The position numbers were made by a program, and so were the translations under genes. Positions 22,932-35,521 of a stretch of 64,000 bases of DNA are shown here, one piece after another. The DNA comes from Escherichia coli. GTDB lineage: Bacteria > Pseudomonadota > Gammaproteobacteria > Enterobacterales > Enterobacteriaceae. The notes under the pieces were generated by a model, which was not told the origin of the DNA, did no database searches, and saw only the letters and a program-made list of their open reading frames with translations. The stretch is from NCBI RefSeq assembly GCF_046105845.1, contig NZ_CP151004.1. One strand, 5' to 3'. The stretch's first letter is position 1, and every line of letters starts with the position of its first letter.

Positions 22932-23519
22932 TTGTGACCATAAAACATTTATCAAAAATCTACTACTAGCATAGCAAAGCTACAATTAACATAACCTTAA
23001 TAGCCCCAACATAAAGAATAATCTGAATAGCTGCTCTATTTATTTCCGCTTGTTTAAGTTAAATATTTCCGCGCATCGATTAAAGATGATGCGTCGTTTT
23101 CTGCGATGGGAATAGTCAAAAAAGAAAAACCAAGTCTTTTTTGATGACAAAATGCAACCAAGAAAAAATTACTTTATTTTTAATAAGATACAAAAAATTC
23201 CTTAACGAAAAATATATTATATATCGTCAACCCATGATCATGGTAGATTATTTTTTGAGCGCACACCCGCGGCTAACACCATTGCAATTAACAAATTTGC
23301 ATCAATCCACCATCAATTTACACACATTATTATGTGATAATTGCCAACCGCTAAATATGCGTTTTGTTATCTATGTATAAAAACAGCAACTTCAATGTCT
23401 TAATGGCAGTTTTTCTTGATTTTAATCAGCATTCACCGCCAATTTATTGGGCATATTTTTTTCCTTAAGCTTTAGGAATTTTTTATTATTTACTTTGGGG
23501 CCTGGAGACAGGAAAAATT

Positions 23520-24905
23520 ATGCTGACATTCATTGAACTCCTTATTGGGGTTGTGGTTATTGTGGGTGTAGCTCGCTACATCATTAAAGGGTATTCCGCC
23601 ACTGGCGTGTTATTTGTCGGTGGCCTGTTATTGCTGATTATCAGTGCCATTATGGGGCACAAAGTGTTACCGTCCAGCCAGGCTTCAACAGGCTACAGCG
23701 CCACGGATATCGTTGAATACGTTAAAATATTGCTAATGAGCCGCGGCGGCGACCTCGGCATGATGATTATGATGCTGTGTGGCTTTGCCGCTTACATGAC
23801 CCATATCGGCGCGAATGATATGGTGGTCAAGCTGGCGTCAAAACCATTGCAGTATATTAACTCCCCTTACCTGCTGATGATTGCCGCCTATTTTGTCGCC
23901 TGTCTGATGTCTCTGGCCGTCTCTTCCGCGACCGGTCTGGGTGTTTTGCTGATGGCAACCCTGTTTCCGGTGATGGTAAACGTTGGTATCAGCCGTGGTG
24001 CAGCTGCTGCTATTTGTGCCTCCCCGGCGGCGATTATTCTCGCACCGACTTCAGGGGATGTGGTGCTGGCGGCGCAGGCTTCCGAAATGTCGCTGATTGA
24101 CTTCGCCTTCAAAACGACGCTGCCTATCTCAATTGCTGCAATTATCGGCATGGCGATCGCCCACTTCTTCTGGCAACGTTATCTGGATAAAAAAGAGCAC
24201 ATCTCTCATGAAATGTTAGATGTCAGTGAAATCACCACCACTGCTCCTGCGTTTTATGCCATTTTGCCGTTCACGCCGATCATCGGAGTGCTGATTTTTG
24301 ACGGCAAATGGGGTCCGCAATTACACATCATCACTATTCTGGTGATTTGTATGCTGATTGCCTCCATTCTGGAGTTCATCCGCAGCTTTAATACCCAGAA
24401 AGTTTTCTCTGGTCTGGAAGTGGCTTATCGCGGGATGGCAGATGCGTTTGCTAACGTGGTGATGCTGCTGGTTGCCGCTGGGGTATTCGCTCAGGGGCTT
24501 AGCACCATCGGCTTTATTCAAAGTCTGATTTCTATCGCCACCTCGTTTGGTTCGGCGAGTATCATCCTGATGCTGGTATTAGTGATCCTGACAATGCTGG
24601 CGGCAGTCACGACCGGTTCAGGCAATGCGCCGTTTTATGCGTTTGTTGAAATGATCCCGAAACTGGCGCACTCTTCCGGCATTAACCCGGCGTATTTGAC
24701 TATCCCAATGCTGCAGGCGTCAAACCTCGGTCGTACCCTGTCACCCGTTTCTGGCGTAGTCGTTGCGGTTGCCGGGATGGCGAAAATCTCACCATTTGAA
24801 GTCGTAAAACGCACCTCGGTGCCGGTGCTTGTTGGTTTGGTGATTGTTATCGTTGCTACAGAGCTGATGGTGCCAGGAACGGCAGCCGCGGTCACAGGCA
24901 AGTAA
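23520..24905 (+). CDS. dcuC: Anaerobic C4-dicarboxylate transporter DcuC
   Basis: 461-aa polytopic membrane protein, intact. Confidence 0.95.
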   Translation: MLTFIELLIGVVVIVGVARYIIKGYSATGVLFVGGLLLLIISAIMGHKVLPSSQASTGYSATDIVEYVKILLMSRGGDLGMMIMMLCGFAAYMTHIGANDMVVKLASKPLQYINSPYLLMIAAYFVACLMSLAVSSATGLGVLLMATLFPVMVNVGISRGAAAAICASPAAIILAPTSGDVVLAAQASEMSLIDFAFKTTLPISIAAIIGMAIAHFFWQRYLDKKEHISHEMLDVSEITTTAPAFYAILPFTPIIGVLIFDGKWGPQLHIITILVICMLIASILEFIRSFNTQKVFSGLEVAYRGMADAFANVVMLLVAAGVFAQGLSTIGFIQSLISIATSFGSASIILMLVLVILTMLAAVTTGSGNAPFYAFVEMIPKLAHSSGINPAYLTIPMLQASNLGRTLSPVSGVVVAVAGMAKISPFEVVKRTSVPVLVGLVIVIVATELMVPGTAAAVTGK

Positions 24906-24945
24906 ATAGTCATGCCGGAGGCAAGTTTCCTCCGGCTTTATCATG

Positions 24946-25626
24946 TCACCCACTGTGGTATATGCGTTGCGGTCTGCCAACTTTGCCGTGAACAATTTCA
25001 GCAATAATCAGATGGCGGCTGGCGCAATATTCAAGATAACGTCTGGCAGTGGTGCGGCTGATAGTCAGTGCCTGCGCCACCGTTTCTGCCGTATGTTGCA
25101 CACCAGGCTCTTTAAACAGTTTTCGCACTGCGTTTAGCGTCAAGGGGTCAATGCCGGTCGGCAGTTCGTCTTTGGGTTCACCGCGAGCATAGGCATTAAA
25201 CATCTCATCAATTTGCTTCTGGCTGGCGCTATCAATACTTTCCAGCATATGTTTACGCTGGCGGAAACGGGTTAGCGTTTGCCCCAGCCGTTCATAGGCA
25301 ATTGGCTTAATGAGATAATCAAATACACCACAACGTACGGCTTCAGACACCGTTTCCATATCGCTGGCTGCAGTGGTAAACACCACGTCGCCGGGATAAT
25401 GCGTCTGCACCAGTTCATGCAGTAAATTAATCCCTCTACCGTCAGGAAGATAGTTATCGAGCAAGATTAGCCCCGGCTTAAAACGCTCGATCATCATTCG
25501 GGCCTGCGCCAGGTTTCCCGCCAGTAATATCTGACTGAATCCGGGAATGTGACGAATATATTCCGCATGCATCTCTGCCAGCGGCGTTTCGTCCTCAACG
25601 ATCAATAGGGTTAATGGAGCTGTCAT
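24946..25626 (-). CDS. dpiA: Two-component response regulator DpiA (CitB)
   Basis: 226 aa, receiver domain with LLIVEDE, C-terminal HTH. Confidence 0.95.
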   Translation of the reverse strand: MTAPLTLLIVEDETPLAEMHAEYIRHIPGFSQILLAGNLAQARMMIERFKPGLILLDNYLPDGRGINLLHELVQTHYPGDVVFTTAASDMETVSEAVRCGVFDYLIKPIAYERLGQTLTRFRQRKHMLESIDSASQKQIDEMFNAYARGEPKDELPTGIDPLTLNAVRKLFKEPGVQHTAETVAQALTISRTTARRYLEYCASRHLIIAEIVHGKVGRPQRIYHSG

Positions 25627-27253
25627 TAGGTTTCACTTTCGGAATATAGATTGAAAATAAGGTACCGCAGGGCTCATTATCTTCGAGAGTGATAACACCA
25701 CCGCAGCGCGTTACGTAGCTGGCAATCAAGTACAACCCAATGCCATGTTCGCCGGGCTCGTCAGCACGCGTACTGACACCCTGCTCAAATATTTTGTCTC
25801 GTAGAGACTCTGGAACGCCGCAGCCCTGATCGGCGACTTCAATCACCACATCATCGCCTTCATCGCTGAGGAATAATTCAACGATCTTGTTTCCTTCATC
25901 GCTACGTAGGCTGGCTTCGAAGGCGTTATCAAGTAAATTGCCCACAATGGCTGCAAACTCGGTGCTGTCCAGTCCTGGCGGCAGTTGCGAAAGCTGACTT
26001 CCGGGGACGATGACCATTTTTAGCCCCAGTTCGCGGGCGCGCTGCACTTTACCAAAAAGCAGCCCCGCCACCTGGCGATCGGCAAACGCCTCGCGCAGGC
26101 TATCAATAAGCTGTTGCTGGGCCTGAGACTCCCCCTGCACCATCGCCAACACGCGATCATACTCTTTCATCTGCAACAGACCATTGAGCGTCGACATCCA
26201 ATTGAGATGCTCGTGTCGCAATGTGCGCAGGCTCTCGACGTATTGTTTAATTTGCGTCAGTTGCGCATTGAGGGTGGATATTTCGTCTTTACTACGAAAG
26301 CTGATAATGGCCCCCAGCAAATCATCACCAGAACGAATAGCTTCCCGGTTGGCAATAACGCTCAGACCGTTAAAGTTCGCCACCACATCCTGACGTTTTT
26401 CATCAATCTGTTCGGTAAAGAAATCGGCGGGCCTGACCACTTCAGCAATGGGTTTACCCAACCATTGCCGTCCGGGGGAGCTCAGCCCCAGCATCTTTCT
26501 TGCGTTACGATTGATGGCGGTAATGTAACCATGCGGATCCACCGCAATGAGCCCTTCATAAACCGAACTAAACAGCGCCTCTTGCTGACGGACCACGCGT
26601 GCGATTTGCTTTGGCTCCATGCCCATCATCTGCCGACGGATATGCGCGGCCAGGAACCACGATAGCAACATCAGAATCCCTAACAGCACGACAAACACGC
26701 CAGCCATCGGTAATAAAAACTCAGCCCGCCAGCTATCGATTTTACTCACCAGGTAGCCAATCGACACCACGCCGATGACTTTTCCATCGTCATCAAAGAT
26801 TGGCGTTTTGGCACGCATCGCCATGCCAATTGACCCTTTCCCGGTGATGAAGTAGCTCTCCCCTTTCTCCAGCGCGCCCGGTTTGGTGAACTGCATAGGA
26901 TAACCAATTTTCTCCGGATTAGGATGGTAAAGACGAATCGAGTGGCGATCGCCAATCACCACATAATCGAAATCAGTATCTCTTTGTAATTTATCAGCGA
27001 TGGTCGCCAGCCTCTTGTAGTCACGCGTTTTCACTGCGCTGATGATACTGTCATTAGAAGCAATAATTTTTGCCTGATTCATTGCCATGTCGCGCACATG
27101 AAGCGTTAAATAGTCCTCAAAACTGGCCGTAAAATATTGCGCCAGGGCTGCAATGACAAATATTGAGAACACCAGAATCAGCAAAAAGATACGCAGCGGA
27201 AATGCCAGTCTTTGGAAAAATGCAAACTGTTTATTCTCGTTAAGCTGCAACAT
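25595..27253 (-). CDS. dpiB: Citrate-sensing histidine kinase DpiB (CitA)
   Basis: 552 aa from MLQLNENKQFAFF; overlaps dpiA start by 32 bp; ORF-track start at 27313 rejected. Confidence 0.92.
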   Translation of the reverse strand: MLQLNENKQFAFFQRLAFPLRIFLLILVFSIFVIAALAQYFTASFEDYLTLHVRDMAMNQAKIIASNDSIISAVKTRDYKRLATIADKLQRDTDFDYVVIGDRHSIRLYHPNPEKIGYPMQFTKPGALEKGESYFITGKGSIGMAMRAKTPIFDDDGKVIGVVSIGYLVSKIDSWRAEFLLPMAGVFVVLLGILMLLSWFLAAHIRRQMMGMEPKQIARVVRQQEALFSSVYEGLIAVDPHGYITAINRNARKMLGLSSPGRQWLGKPIAEVVRPADFFTEQIDEKRQDVVANFNGLSVIANREAIRSGDDLLGAIISFRSKDEISTLNAQLTQIKQYVESLRTLRHEHLNWMSTLNGLLQMKEYDRVLAMVQGESQAQQQLIDSLREAFADRQVAGLLFGKVQRARELGLKMVIVPGSQLSQLPPGLDSTEFAAIVGNLLDNAFEASLRSDEGNKIVELFLSDEGDDVVIEVADQGCGVPESLRDKIFEQGVSTRADEPGEHGIGLYLIASYVTRCGGVITLEDNEPCGTLFSIYIPKVKPNDSSINPIDR

Positions 27254-27632
27254 TGTTTTCCTTGCGGGTTGTCCCGAGCCTCTTTGACGAATGTAATTAA
27301 AATGTTGAATCAAAATACATAGATATTAAATATAATCGTGGCAAATTTTATTCATTAAATCAATTAAATCACTTAAACCTGCGGGTCATTTCGTAATTAC
27401 ATTAATTAAAAAACTTAAAACCATTAAATAAATAAAAAACCACTAACTCTATGTGAAATAAATCAAAATTTCACGCTGCAATACTCCTTAGGATGTATAG
27501 CGAAAGGAGAAAAAGATATACCTCGATCGCCCCCCTTTCTCCCAAGTGAAAATAAAAGGTTATCAGTTTGCAACATCGAACAACATTCGTTGCAAATCGA
27601 TAACAACATGCACCTTCAGGATACTATTTATT

Positions 27633-28691
27633 ATGTTCGGCAATGATATTTTCACCCGTGTAAAACGTTCAGAAAATAAAAAAATGGCGGAAATTGCCCA
27701 ATTCCTGCATGAAAATGATTTGAGCGTTGACACCACAGTCGAAGTATTTATTACCGTAACCCGCGATGAAAAGCTTATCGCGTGCGGTGGAATTGCCGGA
27801 AATATTATTAAATGCGTTGCTATCAGTGAATCCGTTCGCGGTGAAGGACTGGCGCTGACATTAGCCACCGAGCTAATTAACCTCGCCTATGAGCGGCACA
27901 GCACGCATCTGTTTATTTATACCAAAACCGAATACGAGGCGCTGTTCCGCCAGTGCGGTTTTTCCACGCTGACCAGCGTACCCGGCTTGATGGTGCTGAT
28001 GGAAAACAGCGCCACGCGACTGAAACGCTATGCCGAATCGCTGAAAAAATTTCGTCATCCAGGGAACAAGATTGGCTGCATTGTGATGAACGCCAATCCC
28101 TTTACGAATGGTCACCGTTATCTGATTCAACAGGCTGCAGCACAGTGCGACTGGTTGCATCTGTTTTTAGTTAAAGAAGATTCTTCACGCTTTCCCTATG
28201 AAGACCGGCTGGATCTGGTGTTAAAAGGCACCGCCGATATTCCACGCCTGACTGTGCATCGCGGCTCCGAATACATCATCTCCCGCGCTACGTTCCCTTG
28301 CTACTTCATTAAAGAACAGAGCGTCATTAACCATTGTTACACCGAAATTGATCTGAAGATTTTCCGTCAGTACCTCGCTCCCACGCTGGGTGTAACTCAC
28401 CGCTTTGTCGGTACTGAACCCTTTTGTCGCGTTACCGCCCAGTACAACCAGGATATGCGCTACTGGCTGGAAACGCCGACTATCTCCGCACCGCCCATCG
28501 AACTGGTTGAAATTGAGCGGCTGCGTTACCAGGAGATGCCGATATCCGCTTCCCGGGTACGTCAACTGCTGGCGAAAAACGATCTCACGGCTATCGCGCC
28601 GCTGGTCCCTGCAGTCACGCTGCATTATTTGCAGAACCTGCTTGAGCACTCCCGCCAGGACGCGGCAGCTCGTCAAAAGACCCCCGCATGA
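27633..28691 (+). CDS. citC: [Citrate (pro-3S)-lyase] ligase
   Basis: 352 aa from MFGNDIFTRVKRSE. Confidence 0.9.
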   Translation: MFGNDIFTRVKRSENKKMAEIAQFLHENDLSVDTTVEVFITVTRDEKLIACGGIAGNIIKCVAISESVRGEGLALTLATELINLAYERHSTHLFIYTKTEYEALFRQCGFSTLTSVPGLMVLMENSATRLKRYAESLKKFRHPGNKIGCIVMNANPFTNGHRYLIQQAAAQCDWLHLFLVKEDSSRFPYEDRLDLVLKGTADIPRLTVHRGSEYIISRATFPCYFIKEQSVINHCYTEIDLKIFRQYLAPTLGVTHRFVGTEPFCRVTAQYNQDMRYWLETPTISAPPIELVEIERLRYQEMPISASRVRQLLAKNDLTAIAPLVPAVTLHYLQNLLEHSRQDAAARQKTPA

Positions 28692-28705
28692 GAAACAGGT
28701 GAAAA

Positions 28706-29002
28706 ATGAAAATAAACCAGCCCGCCGTTGCAGGCACCCTTGAGTCTGGGGATGTGATGATACGCATCGCCCCACTCGATACGCAGGATATCGACCTGCA
28801 AATCAACAGCAGCGTTGAGAAACAGTTTGGCGATGCCATTCGCACCACCATTCTGGACGTTCTCGCCCGCTACAACGTGCGCGGCGTACAGCTGAATGTC
28901 GATGACAAAGGCGCACTGGACTGCATTTTACGTGCACGACTGGAAGCCCTGCTGGCACGCGCCAGCGGTATCCCGGCTCTGCCATGGGAGGATTGCCAAT
29001 GA
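28706..29002 (+). CDS. citD: Citrate lyase acyl carrier protein (gamma subunit)
   Basis: 98 aa [25 protein letters not shown]... Confidence 0.95.
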
Positions 29003-29907
29003 TTTCCGCTTCGCTGCAACAACGTAAAACTCGCACCCGCCGCAGCATGTTGTTTGTGCCTGGTGCCAATGCCGCGATGGTCAGCAACTCATTCATCTAC
29101 CCGGCTGATGCCCTGATGTTTGACCTCGAAGACTCCGTGGCATTGCGTGAAAAAGACACAGCCCGCCGCATGGTTTACCACGCGCTGCAACATCCGCTGT
29201 ATCGCGATATTGAAACCATTGTGCGTGTAAACGCGCTGGATTCCGAATGGGGTGTTAACGACCTGGAAGCCGTCGTTCGCGGTGGTGCGGACGTTGTGCG
29301 TCTGCCGAAAACCGATACCGCTCAGGATGTTCTGGATATCGAAAAAGAGATCCTGCGCATCGAAAAAGCCTGTGGTCGTGAACCCGGCAGCACCGGCCTG
29401 CTGGCAGCGATTGAATCTCCGCTGGGCATTACCCGCGCGGTGGAAATCGCTCACGCTTCCGAGCGTTTGATCGGTATCGCCCTCGGTGCAGAAGACTATG
29501 TGCGCAACCTGCGTACAGAACGCTCCCCGGAAGGAACTGAACTGCTGTTCGCACGCTGTTCCATTTTGCAGGCCGCGCGCTCTGCGGGTATTCAGGCGTT
29601 CGATACCGTCTATTCCGACGCTAATAACGAAGCCGGATTCCTGCAAGAAGCCGCCCACATCAAACAGCTGGGCTTTGACGGCAAATCGCTGATCAACCCG
29701 CGTCAGATTGATCTGCTGCACAACCTCTACGCACCGACCCAGAAAGAAGTGGATCACGCCCGCCGCGTCGTAGAAGCCGCTGAAGCCGCCGCTCGCGAAG
29801 GCCTCGGCGTGGTTTCCCTGAACGGCAAGATGGTGGACGGTCCGGTTATCGATCGCGCCCGTCTGGTGCTCTCCCGTGCAGAACTTTCCGGCATCCGCGA
29901 AGAATAA
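28999..29907 (+). CDS. citE: Citrate lyase beta subunit (citryl-ACP lyase)
   Basis: 302 aa from [16 protein letters not shown] overlap with citD. Confidence 0.95.
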
Positions 29908-29917
29908 GGCAATCAAA

Positions 29918-31450
29918 ATGACGCAGAAAATTGAACAATCTCAACGACAAGAACGGGTAGCGGCCTGGAATCGTCGCGCTGAATGCGATCTTGCCGCTTT
30001 CCAGAACTCGCCAAAGCAAACCTACCAGGCTGAAAAAGCGCGCGATCGCAAACTGTGCGCCAACCTGGAAGAAGCGATTCGTCGTTCTGGTTTACAGGAC
30101 GGCATGACGGTTTCCTTCCATCACGCTTTCCGTGGCGGTGACCTGACCGTCAATATGGTGATGGACGTCATCGCGAAGATGGGCTTTAAAAACCTGACTC
30201 TGGCCTCCAGCTCCCTGAGTGATTGCCATGCGCCGCTGGTAGAACACATTCGCCAGGGCGTGGTTACCCGCATTTATACCTCCGGCCTGCGCGGTCCGCT
30301 GGCGGAAGAGATCTCCCGTGGTCTGCTGGCGGAACCGGTGCAAATCCACTCTCACGGCGGACGTGTGCATCTGGTACAGAGCGGCGAACTGAATATCGAC
30401 GTGGCTTTCCTCGGCGTCCCGTCCTGTGATGAATTCGGTAATGCCAACGGCTACACTGGTAAAGCCTGCTGCGGCTCCCTCGGCTATGCAATGGTTGATG
30501 CCGACAACGCGAAACAGGTTGTGATGCTCACTGAAGAACTGCTGCCTTATCCTCATAATCCGGCAAGCATTGAGCAAGATCAGGTTGATCTGATCGTCAA
30601 AGTTGATCGCGTTGGCGATGCCGCGAAAATCGGCGCTGGCGCGACCCGTATGACCACTAACCCGCGCGAACTGCTTATTGCCCGTAGCGCTGCGGATGTG
30701 ATTGTCAACTCTGGCTACTTCAAAGAAGGTTTCTCCATGCAAACCGGCACCGGTGGCGCATCGCTGGCGGTAACCCGTTTCCTGGAAGACAAAATGCGTA
30801 GCCGCGATATTCGCGCCGACTTCGCCCTCGGCGGTATTACCGCGACGATGGTTGACCTGCACGAAAAAGGTCTGATCCGCAAACTGCTGGATGTACAGAG
30901 CTTTGACAGCCACGCTGCGCAATCGCTGGCCCGTAACCCCAATCACATCGAAATCAGCGCCAACCAGTACGCTAACTGGGGTTCAAAAGGCGCATCGGTT
31001 GATCGTCTCGACGTGGTGGTACTGAGCGCGCTGGAAATTGACACCCAGTTCAACGTTAACGTGCTGACCGGCTCTGACGGCGTACTGCGTGGTGCTTCCG
31101 GTGGTCACTGCGATACCGCGATTGCCTCTGCACTTTCCATCATCGTCGCACCGCTGGTACGCGGTCGTATTCCGACTCTGGTGGATAACGTGCTGACCTG
31201 CATCACTCCGGGCTCCAGTGTCGATATTCTGGTCACCGACCACGGTATCGCAGTTAACCCGGCACGTCCGGAACTGGCAGAACGTCTGCAGGAAGCGGGG
31301 ATCAAAGTGGTTTCTATTGAGTGGCTGCGTGAACGTGCGCGTCTGCTGACCGGTGAACCACAGCCGATTGAATTCACCGACCGCGTCGTTGCCGTTGTGC
31401 GTTACCGCGATGGCTCGGTGATCGATGTTGTGCATCAGGTGAAGGAATAA
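29918..31450 (+). CDS. citF: Citrate lyase alpha subunit (citrate CoA-transferase)
   Basis: 510 aa from MTQKIEQSQRQ. Confidence 0.95.
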   Translation: MTQKIEQSQRQERVAAWNRRAECDLAAFQNSPKQTYQAEKARDRKLCANLEEAIRRSGLQDGMTVSFHHAFRGGDLTVNMVMDVIAKMGFKNLTLASSSLSDCHAPLVEHIRQGVVTRIYTSGLRGPLAEEISRGLLAEPVQIHSHGGRVHLVQSGELNIDVAFLGVPSCDEFGNANGYTGKACCGSLGYAMVDADNAKQVVMLTEELLPYPHNPASIEQDQVDLIVKVDRVGDAAKIGAGATRMTTNPRELLIARSAADVIVNSGYFKEGFSMQTGTGGASLAVTRFLEDKMRSRDIRADFALGGITATMVDLHEKGLIRKLLDVQSFDSHAAQSLARNPNHIEISANQYANWGSKGASVDRLDVVVLSALEIDTQFNVNVLTGSDGVLRGASGGHCDTAIASALSIIVAPLVRGRIPTLVDNVLTCITPGSSVDILVTDHGIAVNPARPELAERLQEAGIKVVSIEWLRERARLLTGEPQPIEFTDRVVAVVRYRDGSVIDVVHQVKE

Positions 31451-31453
31451 GCC

Positions 31454-32858
<1,405 letters not shown>

Positions 32859-32908
32859 TTATTTAAGCACTTGATAAATTTGGAAATATTAATTTTCGGA
32901 GAACCCGT

Positions 32909-34372
32909 ATGTCTTTAGCAAAAGATAATATATGGAAACTATTGGCCCCACTGGTGGTGATGGGCGTCATGTTTCTTATCCCTGTCCCCGACGGTATGCC
33001 ACCGCAGGCATGGCATTACTTCGCTGTGTTTGTGGCAATGATTGTCGGCATGATCCTTGAGCCAATTCCGGCAACAGCGATCAGTTTTATTGCGGTTACT
33101 ATTTGCGTTATTGGCAGTAATTACCTGCTCTTTGATGCCAAAGAATTAGCTGACCCAGCGTTTAATGCGCAAAAACAGGCGCTGAAATGGGGTCTGGCTG
33201 GTTTTTCCAGCACCACGGTATGGCTGGTATTTGGCGCATTTATTTTTGCATTAGGGTATGAAGTTTCCGGGTTAGGTCGTCGCATTGCCCTTTTCCTGGT
33301 GAAATTCATGGGCAAACGCACGCTGACGTTGGGTTATGCGATTGTCATTATCGACATTCTGCTGGCACCGTTTACACCGTCCAACACCGCGCGTACTGGC
33401 GGGACCGTTTTTCCGGTCATTAAAAACCTGCCGCCGTTATTTAAATCATTCCCCAACGATCCGTCTTCCCGTCGCATTGGTGGTTATTTGATGTGGATGA
33501 TGGTCATTAGTACCAGTCTGAGTTCTTCCATGTTTGTCACCGGTGCGGCACCAAACGTGCTGGGTCTGGAGTTCGTCAGCAAAATTGCCGGTATCCAGAT
33601 TAGCTGGTTGCAGTGGTTCCTCTGCTTCCTGCCGGTTGGGGTTATCTTGCTTATCATTGCGCCGTGGCTTTCCTACGTGCTGTACAAACCGGAAATCACA
33701 CACAGTGAAGAAGTGGCAACCTGGGCGGGTGATGAACTAAAAACCATGGGTGCGCTGACACGCAGAGAGTGGACGCTGATTGGCCTTGTATTGCTCAGCT
33801 TAGGTTTGTGGGTATTTGGCAGTGAAGTCATTAATGCTACTGCGGTAGGTCTGCTGGCAGTTTCGCTAATGCTGGCCCTGCACGTTGTGCCGTGGAAAGA
33901 CATTACCCGCTATAACAGCGCATGGAACACGCTGGTCAACCTGGCAACTCTGGTTGTGATGGCTAACGGCCTGACTCGTTCTGGTTTTATTGACTGGTTC
34001 GCTGATACCATGAGTACGCACCTGGAAGGATTCTCACCAAACGCAACGGTGATTGTACTGGTTCTGGTGTTCTACTTTGCACACTACCTGTTTGCCAGCC
34101 TGTCTGCGCACACCGCAACCATGCTGCCGGTTATTCTGGCCGTCGGTAAAGGTATTCCGGGCGTACCAATGGAACAACTGTGTATCCTGCTGGTGCTGTC
34201 TATCGGTATCATGGGCTGTCTGACGCCGTATGCAACCGGTCCTGGGGTGATTATTTACGGCTGTGGCTATGTGAAATCAAAAGATTACTGGCGACTTGGT
34301 GCAATCTTCGGGGTGATTTACATCTCTATGCTGCTGTTGGTTGGCTGGCCGATTCTCGCCATGTGGAACTAA
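32909..34372 (+). CDS. citT: Citrate/succinate antiporter
   Basis: 487-aa polytopic membrane protein. Confidence 0.95.
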   Translation: MSLAKDNIWKLLAPLVVMGVMFLIPVPDGMPPQAWHYFAVFVAMIVGMILEPIPATAISFIAVTICVIGSNYLLFDAKELADPAFNAQKQALKWGLAGFSSTTVWLVFGAFIFALGYEVSGLGRRIALFLVKFMGKRTLTLGYAIVIIDILLAPFTPSNTARTGGTVFPVIKNLPPLFKSFPNDPSSRRIGGYLMWMMVISTSLSSSMFVTGAAPNVLGLEFVSKIAGIQISWLQWFLCFLPVGVILLIIAPWLSYVLYKPEITHSEEVATWAGDELKTMGALTRREWTLIGLVLLSLGLWVFGSEVINATAVGLLAVSLMLALHVVPWKDITRYNSAWNTLVNLATLVVMANGLTRSGFIDWFADTMSTHLEGFSPNATVIVLVLVFYFAHYLFASLSAHTATMLPVILAVGKGIPGVPMEQLCILLVLSIGIMGCLTPYATGPGVIIYGCGYVKSKDYWRLGAIFGVIYISMLLLVGWPILAMWN

Positions 34373-34403
34373 TACGTTCGCCAAACGCTGAATAAATCAT
34401 CAC

Positions 34404-34437
34404 GCCCGCCAGGTAAGCCCACCTGGCGGGCTTTTTT
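34404..34437 (+). terminator. Intrinsic terminator after citT
   Basis: GCCCGCCAGGT-aagccc-ACCTGGCGGGC followed by TTTTTT. Confidence 0.8.
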
Positions 34438-34485
34438 ATGATTTAATAGATAGTATTCAGTATATGTATGAGTTCCACACCCATT

Positions 34486-35292
34486 ATGAAAGCATTCTGG
34501 CGTAACGCCGCGTTGCTCGCGGTTTCTCTGCTTCCCTTCTCTTCTGCCAACGCCGTGGCGTTGCAGGCAAAACAGTATGGCGATTTTGATCGCTATGTCC
34601 TGGCCCTCTCCTGGCAAACCGGATTTTGCCAGAGTCAACACGATCGAAATCGTAACGAACGAGATGAATGTCGCCTGCAAACCGAAACGACCAACAAAGC
34701 TGATTTTCTGACCGTACATGGTCTGTGGCCAGGATTGCCTAAATCGGTTGCTGCCCGTGGTGTTGATGAACGCCGCTGGATGCGCTTCGGTTGCGCTACT
34801 CGCCCAATCCCGAATCTGCCAGAAGCACGCGCCAGCCGGATGTGTTCATCGCCGGAAACCGGGTTATCACTGGAAACGGCAGCTAAACTAAGTGAAGTCA
34901 TGCCAGGAGCTGGCGGACGTTCCTGCCTGGAACGCTACGAATATGCCAAACACGGTGCCTGCTTTGGTTTTGATCCAGACGCATACTTCGGCACGATGGT
35001 ACGCCTGAATCAAGAAATTAAAGAGAGCGAAGCCGGAAAATTCCTTGCGGATAACTACGGTAAAACAGTGAGCCGCCGTGACTTTGACGCCGCCTTTGCC
35101 AAAAGCTGGGGAAAAGAGAACGTGAAAGCAGTTAAGCTAACATGCCAGGGTAACCCTGCGTATTTGACTGAAATTCAGATCTCGATCAAAGCTGACGCCA
35201 TCAACGCTCCGCTTTCTGCCAACTCATTCTTGCCACAACCACACCCAGGCAACTGTGGCAAAACCTTTGTGATTGATAAAGCAGGTTATTAA
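34486..35292 (+). CDS. rna: Periplasmic ribonuclease I (RNase T2 family)
   Basis: 268 aa from MKAFWRNAALLAVSLLPFSSANA signal peptide; FLTVHGLWP T2-RNase motif. Confidence 0.93.
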   Translation: MKAFWRNAALLAVSLLPFSSANAVALQAKQYGDFDRYVLALSWQTGFCQSQHDRNRNERDECRLQTETTNKADFLTVHGLWPGLPKSVAARGVDERRWMRFGCATRPIPNLPEARASRMCSSPETGLSLETAAKLSEVMPGAGGRSCLERYEYAKHGACFGFDPDAYFGTMVRLNQEIKESEAGKFLADNYGKTVSRRDFDAAFAKSWGKENVKAVKLTCQGNPAYLTEIQISIKADAINAPLSANSFLPQPHPGNCGKTFVIDKAGY

Positions 35293-35521
35293 TCCTCTGA
35301 TTTACAAAAGACGCTAATTCGTCTTCCATAAACCATGACGATTAAGATTTATACATAATGCGCTGCATTGAGGAATTCCCTGAATGTGACGCAAATCACT
35401 TCAAAGAGTGAGCAACAGTCAGTATCATCATGTGAGTTAAACCCTCGCCGCCTGACGGTGAGGGTTTTCTTTTGGGTATGTTTATCTGCGACACTCGCAG
35501 TACCGACGACATGGAGTAAAA

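Noticed and set aside
23141-23380. 79-aa ORF in the pagP-dcuC intergenic region
   Set aside because: Extremely AT-rich with Ile/Leu/Tyr/Asn-biased composition, no RBS, and it overlaps probable promoter DNA; most likely non-coding.
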